From: Octopus bimaculoides
Lineage: Eukaryota
Reading direction: 5' to 3'
DNA: 64,000 bases
Assembly (NCBI RefSeq): GCF_001194135.2
Contig: NC_068995.1
Location: 56,256,153-56,320,152 of the forward strand
Under the pieces are notes generated by a model. The model saw only the letters and a list, made by a program, of their open reading frames with translations. It did no database searches and was not told the origin of the DNA. Shown in pieces: positions 55,477 through 64,000 of this stretch; within the stretch, counting starts at the first letter, position 1; the number at the start of each line of letters is the position of its first letter. The position numbers and the translations under genes were made by a program.

Positions 55477-55800
55477 ATTATAATCGTTATTATTCCACTA
55501 AGGTCGACTTTGCCTTTCATGCTTTCAGGGTCGATAAATTAAGTACCAGTGATACACTGGGGTCGATGTAATCGACTAGTCCACTCCCGCAAAAGTTCAA
55601 GCCTTGTGCCAAAATTTGACACCATTATTATTATTATTATTATTGGGGTGCTAAGCTGGCAGGATCGTTAGGATCCCAGACAAAATGTTTTGTGGTATTT
55701 CCTCCATCTTTACATTCTGAGTTTAAATGCAACTAGGGTCTACTTCACCTTTCATCCTTTTGGGGTCAGTAGAATAAATACCAGTTGTACACTGGGGTTA
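55215..55800 (+). mobile_element. Three stacked copies of a tRNA-headed SINE (family 3) separated by (ATT)n
   Basis: Recurrent core ggtcgactttgcctttcat(c/g)ctttc.gggtcgataaattaagtaccagt. Related copies at about 19846-20075, 33525-33975(-), 40005-40215, 45115-45340, 52185-52360, 57725-57880, 59270-59480, 60640-60815, 62490-62610. Confidence 0.72.
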
Positions 55801-56622
55801 ATGAGAAGGAGAGAGAGATGTCTATGTAAAAAAACATCTTTGTGGCCACATGGTTTTGGATTCAATCTCATTGCATGGCCCTTAAGCTATAGCAGAATCT
55901 TCTACCATAGCCTTGAGCTAACCAAAGCCTTGTGGATAGATTTGTTAGATTGAAGCCAAAAGAAGCTTAACTTATATATATACATGCTTGGTTTGTTTAT
56001 GCCCCAGTGAATTGCTGGTTTGGTAAAACAGACTGACAGAAAAAAGTGCCAAGCAGACTTGAAAAAATAACAACTGAAGTGGATTTGTTTGGCTAAAACC
56101 CTTCCAGGCAATGTCCCAGCAATGGTTGCAGTCCAATGACTGAAGCAAGTAAACGGTAAAAGATATTATTTTATGTAAATGCGTGTATGTGTGTGTGTAT
56201 AAATAAATATATATATATATGTAGATAAGCATTCTGTTTTAGTTGCTTCTTGAATAAGGGACTATGGCAACAGGCAATGGCGGGAAAGAATTACAGCAAC
56301 AGTTGTGAAAACAATAAAGAAATAATGGTTGTATAGTGTTGAGTCAGAAAGTTGTAGTTGGTTGCACAATGAGAGGAGGAGGCAGAGAAGGAAAGAGTAA
56401 TAGTGAAAATGAAAGTGAAAGTAAGGTAGAAACGAACAAAAACGCTGTACTTGGTAGGTAAAATAACATTGTCAGTCTGTGTATACGAGTTGTTATACAT
56501 ATGACTAAGAATAGATGTGTGTAGTTGTGTGTTGAAGTGAGTGTAAAAGGTATCTATGTATGTAACTATGCATACGGAAGGGTTAGAGTAAAATGAGTGT
56601 AAATAAAAGGGTACCAAAATGA

Positions 56623-56664
<42 letters not shown>

Positions 56665-59600
56665 AAAGAACGAGTAGAATAAAGTGCAAAGTGTTGTATA
56701 ATAATAGGGAGGTGTCAACATTGCTAACAAAGAGTGCAAAGTAGGGAGGGAGTGAGAAAGAGAGGAAAGAGATGAGAGAGAGGGAAGAAGAGGAAGTATG
56801 AAAAGAGGAAAGGAGGAGGAGGAGAGAAAGAAGAAAAGAAGAGGAGGAGGAGGAAACAAATGGAGCTTTTAGCTCTGCAGGTGTGGCCTTGCAGGTCTAC
56901 ACATCATTTGTGATTCAGCCAGGAGAGTTGTACTGATGCACTACGACATCCTTTATTTACCAAGCATGATGGAAATAATGAGGCTTTTGACATGGAACAA
57001 TAGCAAGCCAGGGGAGAACTAGTACAAGCTGGCAACAATACTTTGTTGTTTGCTTGGCTTTTGTTTTTTTTTATTCTCTTTTCTCTTTTTTTTTTCATTT
57101 GTAATAAACCCCAAACATACTACTTTAAAACTAGCCCTTCTCTTGAGCTGACTCTTTTAATAGGTGGCTGGCCCAGTTAACAGGTTGTTAGTTATTTCAC
57201 CTTTGCTGTATTCATTAGTCTCGTTTAAGTCTTGTCAAATCTAACTTTACTCAAAATTTCTTTTCACTGTTGAACTTTTACAAGTTCATTACTAATCGGG
57301 TTTCTTTTCCCAATTTACCTTAAAGGTAAATCACTCTACTCTTGATGAATAATTTTGCTGCCGACTTCCTTATTTTCTCTTCCATCATGTGTGTGTGTGT
57401 GTGTGTGTGTGTGCTGTGCAGGTGTGTGTGCATATGTCTTTGTATATATATTTGTTGCCACAAAACTTCAGTGAGAAATTGCTTCAATACAAACTGTGAG
57501 GAAGCCTGCTGGATGGATAATATTTTTTCACTGACTGTATCACGTTGATTCTATTACATTAAGGGTTTAAGTGTCTGTGGAGTACTCAGCCACTTGCACA
57601 CTAGTTCAATGTGTTGTTAGTTGACTGAAACTTCGAAGTCACTGTCAACAACATTACTGTTTAAGAATAATAAATATATATATATTTGCTTATATGGATG
57701 TCTGTGTCTTTCCGTCCTCCATTGCTTGATAACAAGTATTGGTTTGTTTATGTCTGTCTAACTTTGTGGTTTGGCAACAGTGAATGACAGAATAAGTACT
57801 GAGGTTGATTTGTTCATCAAAACCCTTCAAAGCAGGGCTCCAGCAAGGCTGAAGTCCAACGAGTGAAACAAGTAAAAAATAGAAGATAATATGTGTGTGT
57901 GTGTGTGTGTGTGTTTGTGTGATTACTCACATCTCCCTTTCTTTCTCTCTCTCTCTCTCTCTCCCTCTCCCTATTTCTCTTCAGAATCTATGGCCTAAAA
58001 GCACTGTATAAAAGCTAGAAGAAGAGGTGTATGGAAGACTGTAACACAGATTTAGAGAAAAGACTCTAATATGTTTATTTGCTTCTTCCCCAGATTGAAG
58101 TAACTGTACCCTGAAAATGGTACAGTGAATTGGCAGAATCATAACAGTGTTGGATAGAATACTTTGTCATATTTATTCTGGATTCTTGCAGTCTGAGTTC
58201 AAATCCTACCGAGACCAACTCTGTCTTTCATCCTTTTGGGATTCATAAATGAAATACCAGTCAATTACTCTGGCTAGTTCTCTCTCTCTCTCTCTCCCTC
58301 TCTCTTTCTCTCCCTCTCTCTCAGCTTTTGCTCTGCCATTCAAAGGTCCAGCTGTTAGACATCTTAATATAGTGATGCAGCCTAAAAATTCCATTAAAGG
58401 GACAAATATTGGCTGAGTCTTCAATCACACATTAATTTCATGAATAAGACTAATTCAGTTGGTCAAACAACTATATGCTTCATTATCGAGACCAACAGGG
58501 AATCTGCCAGTCTGAAGAGGCAGTCATGGAACTCTGCTCTAGTACAACCTTATATCAAGCTTGCAGAAGAACAAGAAGCAACTTTAATTTTGGCAAATAT
58601 CTCAGACTCCCCTTAAGGAATACATTAGCTCTGCCTTAAGTGCCTTAAGCCATAATCAGAGCAATGTTTCTATGGTATCTTCAATTCCGTTTCACTAATA
58701 AACTCAACATTTACTAAAGGAGATGAAGCAATTTTGTGAAGACACATGTATACGTTTAACTCTCTATTTTGTATCTAATTGCTGCCACACAGAAATGGAT
58801 GTAAAGAAATATACACTGTTATTTCCATTTCTCCAAAGACTTTATCTTCCCAATAATGTGTGTTTATATCTGTATTATTAATAATCTAAGACTGTGTTAT
58901 TAGTTTTTTGTAAGATTGAAGAAACTATGAGAAATAGCTTTCAAATGGCCAAAAAATAATTGAAGAGAAGAATTCGGTAAAAGTGGTTAAGAATCTTGTT
59001 TTGCAACCACATGGTTCAGGGGTTTAATCCAACAGCTTGGCACCTTGGGCAAGCGTCTTTTACTATATCCCTGGAGTGGTTTGGGGTTCAGTGGCCCCTG
59101 TGCAGCACCTCAGGCAAGTGTCTTCTACTACAGACCCAGGTCAACCAATGCTGTGTGAGTGAATTTGGTAGATGGAAACTGTGTGGAAACCTGATGCATA
59201 TCTTATTTGTGTGTGTGTTTGTGTGCATGTATGTTTGTGTGTGTGTGTGTGTACATGTGTGTGGATTTCTGTTTGAGTTTGTACCCCTCTACTTCTTGAC
59301 AACTGGTGTTGGTTTGTTTATGTCCCTGTAACTTAGAAGTTCAGCATATGTTACCAGCAGAATAAGTAGCAAACTTAAAAAAAAAAAAAGCAAGTCCTGG
59401 GGTGAAGTTGTTTGAATAAAACCTTTTAAGGCATTGCTCCAGTATGGTCACGGCCCAAAGACTGAAGTAAAAGACAAGAAAAAAAAAGACAAAGATATAC
59501 GTTTAATCTAAAAACTTTAATACATTTGTGAAATCTAGTTGCAAATGTTATATTTACACTGGTGCTAATCTTTGGTATGTTTCCTTGTAATGTTGAAAGA

Positions 59601-60180
59601 TTGACAAAGGAATTAGTCATAGATAATATTATCTCTAGCTTAATTAGATTTTATTAATAAAATTTCTTGAACGATAACAGAACATGAGAAAGAATTATGT
59701 TCAAAATCTAGTAAACATAACATGTTTATTAATGTTTCTTTTAATGGATAGTTATCCACAAAACAAGTTAAACATTGCAATAACGGATTGCTCAATGCCT
59801 GTCAGAAGATTATCATATATCTGTTATATTTCTATAAGGAAATGGTTGACAGTTACTTTGAAGTTTCAGCTAAGTTGCCATTTCAGATTTCCTGGTTGGC
59901 ACCAAAACTTCAAAGTAAATGTCATACGAGCAGTGTCATTATTAATGTCGTGTATTCTGATAGCACATGTCCGGGCATGGGGAAATATTACTTTGCTTAG
60001 GAACAGATGAGAGTTGGCAACAGCGAAGGCATCTGGCTGTAAAAAAAATCAACCTCAAATATACTCTCATATGAAAGCATGGAAGTGTGGACATTAAATG
60101 ATGATGATGATGATTATATATATGTATGTATGAATGAATGCATGTATTGTATATGAACGTGTGTTTATATATATATATAT

Positions 60181-60219
<39 letters not shown>

Positions 60220-60812
60220 TATTCTAGCTGTTTAATAACGTACACAGCTGTTAAATTCTCTTTAAATTGAATTTATTTCAACAAGTGTCAATACTATTAC
60301 TGTGGTAACAGCAAGCAGTTACAGAGGAAGTCTGTCAGTGACCACAGGTCACAGTTGTATGACGGAAGTTTTTGTCACCTCATGATATAGATTTATTAAA
60401 TCACTTGAGTGGCTGCTTCAGTTTCAGTCACAAATGAAGTCACTTGCTAGATAAGGGCAGCTCTGAAAGGCAAGGCTGGAAGGGGCAGGTATGTTTGGGT
60501 GATAAGAAGCTTGCTCCCCAACCACATGGTTCCAGGTTCAGCCTCACTGTGTGACACCTTGGGCAAGTGTTTTCTACTAAAGCCTTGTGAGTAGTTTTGG
60601 TAGATGGAAACTGGAAGAAACACATCATGTGTATGTGTGTGTATTTAAACCCACCACCGCTAGGTGATTGGTGTCACTTAGCAGTCTGGTAAAAGAGGCT
60701 GACAGAATAAATGCAAGGCTTAAAACTAAGTACTGAGGTCTATTTGTTTGACTAAATCCTTCAAGATGATGCTGCAGCATGGACACAGTCCAATGACTGA
60801 AACAAGTAAAAG

Positions 60813-60852
<40 letters not shown>

Positions 60853-61814
60853 CATGCATATTCATTACGTATGTTTAATGTAAACTGTTGGGAAAAAATA
60901 CTCAGTAGAGATTAATAATATATTATATTTTGGTTGAGTCAATCTCTTTCCAGTCAGAGTTTCACCTTTAGGTGCACAGGACCTTCAACTGTTATACACA
61001 CACTCACACATATATTTATACATTATATATTATAAGCATATTATGCATATATACATATATATATTTATATACATATATATTATACATATTTCATGTGTAT
61101 TGTACAAAAATATTATGTTTGCGTGTGTGTATATGTATATATATATAGGCAGATATATTGTCATCAGAAAGATATTTGAAATCAGTTAACACACTAATGT
61201 AATATTTTTAACAAATGCAAAGGACAAAAAGGAAACCCAGAAAACATGTCTCTACTTGCAGCAGCTGTTTTATAGTTTGTTTTTTACATATATATATTTA
61301 GCGTGAGAGAGGTGGGTGGTTTAGCATCAGAACTGAACAGGTAAGGTGTGTCATAATGAGATTTCACAAAGCAAACACACACACACATACACATGGCTAC
61401 ACACACACACACACACACAGGGATACACATTATCTGCCATAGAAAGAAGCTAAGCAAGTAATAATGGAGGAGTCAGTAAAGCTTGATCAAACAATAAACA
61501 GTTGAATAAATAAGCAAAAAGGGGAAATCTAAGAGAAGGAGAAAAATCAGTCAGATCAGTGACATTCACAAACCAGCACAATAAATAATAGTGTCAACAA
61601 CAGCAACAACAACAACAACAACAACAGCAGCAGTATCAGTTGTATTAATAGTAGTAGAAGTAGAAGACAACAGCATTAACAGCAATTACTATTACAACAA
61701 TGATTATTTCTTAATTAGGCAAGAAGGGTTAAGTATGTTGCTCACGAGAATACGCAATGCTATAAAGACTTTGTTGGAGTATAAACTTATATATAGAACC
61801 ATTCAATATTAACG

Positions 61815-62125
61815 GTTCTTCTCTCTCGTGTGCCATACCAACAGGCATTGATAGTCATGAATCTCCACCCACTCCTGTCTTATGCACAAATTATTAAGTT
61901 TTTCTGAAACCAGTTGATAATGCCATTGAGTGTCTTCTCTCTGTTTTCTTCATCTTTTTTTCTCCCATTCAGTATTCCAGATGTAATTGTGTTCAAGGCT
62001 TTTCTCGTATCATGTCCAACGTCTCGTGCACTTAGCCTCTTACCTCCTTTTATTGTTAAATACTTTATAGTTCTCTGGTCATTTTGACTTACCAACATTT
62101 CTTACTTTATCTGTATAGAAGTGGT
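61815..62125 (-). mobile_element. Decayed 3' end of an RTE-like LINE
   Basis: Minus frames give TDKVRN..., GHDTRKALNTITSGILNGRKK...TLNGIINW and DRSGWRFMTINACWYGT. These resemble the post-RT C-terminus of RTE elements. Confidence 0.6.
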
Positions 62126-63618
62126 CCTCAACCATGAGACCATCAACTAACACCAGCCTCCAGGTCATTTGGCATCGGGCAGCACAGAAAGAATAAATTT
62201 TTACATTTTATTTCTATTTTATTGTAGCCTGCAGAGTGTTTCTGCATTATATATATGTGTATTATATATACATTACATATGTAATATATATGTAATAAAT
62301 AAATTATGCATGTGATCCGCTGATCCATGGCAAAATCATGGAACTGGTCCTTAGAGCAAAAAAGTTTGGGGACTGCTTCTCTCTCTATACAGTATATATA
62401 TATTTTCTTCATAAAGACACAATTTCTAAGGAGTTATATATATGTGTGTGTATGTGTATGTATGTGTATGTATATATATTATTACAAATTTGCGGTAAGT
62501 TAGTGTTTCAGAAAAAGAGACTTGAATAAGTACTGGGGTTGATATTTTTTGACTGAACCCTTCGAGGTGGTGCCCTAGCATGACCCTAGCCCTATGACTG
62601 GAACAAGTCAAAAAAAAACCAACAAGGATACACAAAGATGTTACTGGTGAGATATGAATACAGAATTCTCACAAAGGAAGCAGAAACACAATGAAGAAAT
62701 TGATAAAAAATACAAATATTTTGAAAATGTAATCACGTGAACAAAAAATAAAAAGAACAGCAACAAAAATGGAAACAATAGCAAAATAATAATGTCCACA
62801 TTAACAGCAAGAAGATGAAGTTAAATTGTATTTCTTGTGTGTTTACTGTATTGCCATCAAGACTGTCTTCGATAACAGCGACATTTTCAGTAGAAGACAC
62901 AGAAATATATATGTGTGTGTGAGTGTGTGTGTGTGTGTGTGTATGTGGGTATCTATATATACATATGTATGTATATATACACACACACTGACATATATAT
63001 ATATACTGACACAAACACAGGTAACGATGGAGAATAAACAGTGCAAATCAAGCAACAATGGCATGTTTGCTGAATTGCCAATGAAACAGAACACTTTAAA
63101 GCACACACACTGTCTGGACATCTCTACAATGGAAGTTTAAACCATGGACTCTAAAATAAATAAATGAAAAATAGATGGGAAAAAAAACAAAACAAAATAA
63201 ATCCATTTCTAACAGACGAGGGAAAACGATATTAGCAGAAGACTGCAACTGAACATGATATCTTTAGAATTAAGAGAGAGAGAGAGAGTGTGTGTGTGTT
63301 TGTTGGTGTTGCTGTTGATTAGCCACAAGTCAAAGCTAATCGAGTAGACTTACAATCAAAGATGCTCCAGATGTGACTGTCCAGTATTTTTGCATATTTA
63401 AGACCACATTGTCAAACATATCCATGATGCCTGCAGGCACAGGCATGGCAGTGCGGTAAGAAGTTTGCTGCCCAACTAGGTGGTTCCAGATTCAGTTGTA
63501 TTGCATGGCGGCTTGGGGAAAGTTTCTTCTATTTTAGACCTGAGCTGACCATAGTTTGTCAATAGATTTGTTAGACAGAAACTGAAAGAAGCTTGTTATA
63601 TATATATATATATATGTA

Positions 63619-64000
63619 TGGCTAGTGAGAGCTGTGCGAGCCATGTACAGAGATGCGGCCAGTAAGGTGAGGGTTGGAAATGAGTACAGCAATGAATTCC
63701 GGGTAGAGGTAGGGGTCCACCAAGGTTCCGTCCTCAGCCCCCTATTATTTACCATAGTCCTCCAGGCAATCACAGAGGAGTTCAAGACAGGTTGCCCCTG
63801 GGAGCTCCTCTATGCTGATGACCTTGCCCTAATTGCGGAGTCACTATCAGAACTAGAGGAGAAGTTTCAGGTGTGGAAGCAAGGTCTAGAATTGAAGGGC
63901 CTTAGAGTCAACCTAGCTAAAACCAAAATCCTAATAAGTAGGAAGGTAGATAAAACACAAACCCCTTCAGGTAGATGGCCCTGCTCAGTATGTAGAAAAG
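63619..64000 (+). mobile_element. RTE-clade non-LTR retrotransposon, 5'-truncated, reverse transcriptase frame running off the window
   Basis: Stop-free frame WLVRAVRAMYRDAASKVRVGNEYSNEFRVEVGVHQGSVLSPLLFTIVLQAITEEFKTGCPWELLYADDLALIAESLSELEEKFQVWKQGLELKGLRVNLAKTKIL...WPCSVCRK. Contains GVHQGSVLSPLLF and YADD; starts directly after a (TA)n tract. Confidence 0.93.

Overview
AT-rich, microsatellite-dense animal genomic DNA with about ten N-gaps. The SINE/LINE repertoire looks like Octopus (inference, not a database result). Almost all supplied ORFs are microsatellite or repeat artefacts. The only confidently recognisable host-gene coding sequence is one 157-nt minus-strand exon of WDR4/TRM82 (50156-50312); no other WDR4 exon was found by eye. 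The rest is transposon debris: tRNA-derived SINEs, RTE LINE fragments (one with an uninterrupted RT frame at the right edge), stacked REL-endonuclease (R4/Dong-like) fragments in (TAA)n, a mariner 3' remnant, and piggyBac-type and hAT/Charlie-type MITEs. The most interesting signals are non-coding. (1) Two unrelated small repeat families each carry a minimal type I hammerhead ribozyme fold and occur as head-to-head inverted pairs. Family A is at 39.2 and 53.3-53.6 kb. Family B is at 20.1-20.3 and 52.6-52.7 kb and has a non-canonical core (inferred consensus CCGACGA). (2) A full-length, CpG-decayed 5S rRNA copy abuts a tRNA-headed SINE, and both are nested in a Charlie-like MITE (44.3-44.9 kb). 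(3) Several long fold-backs and candidate exons remain unexplained.
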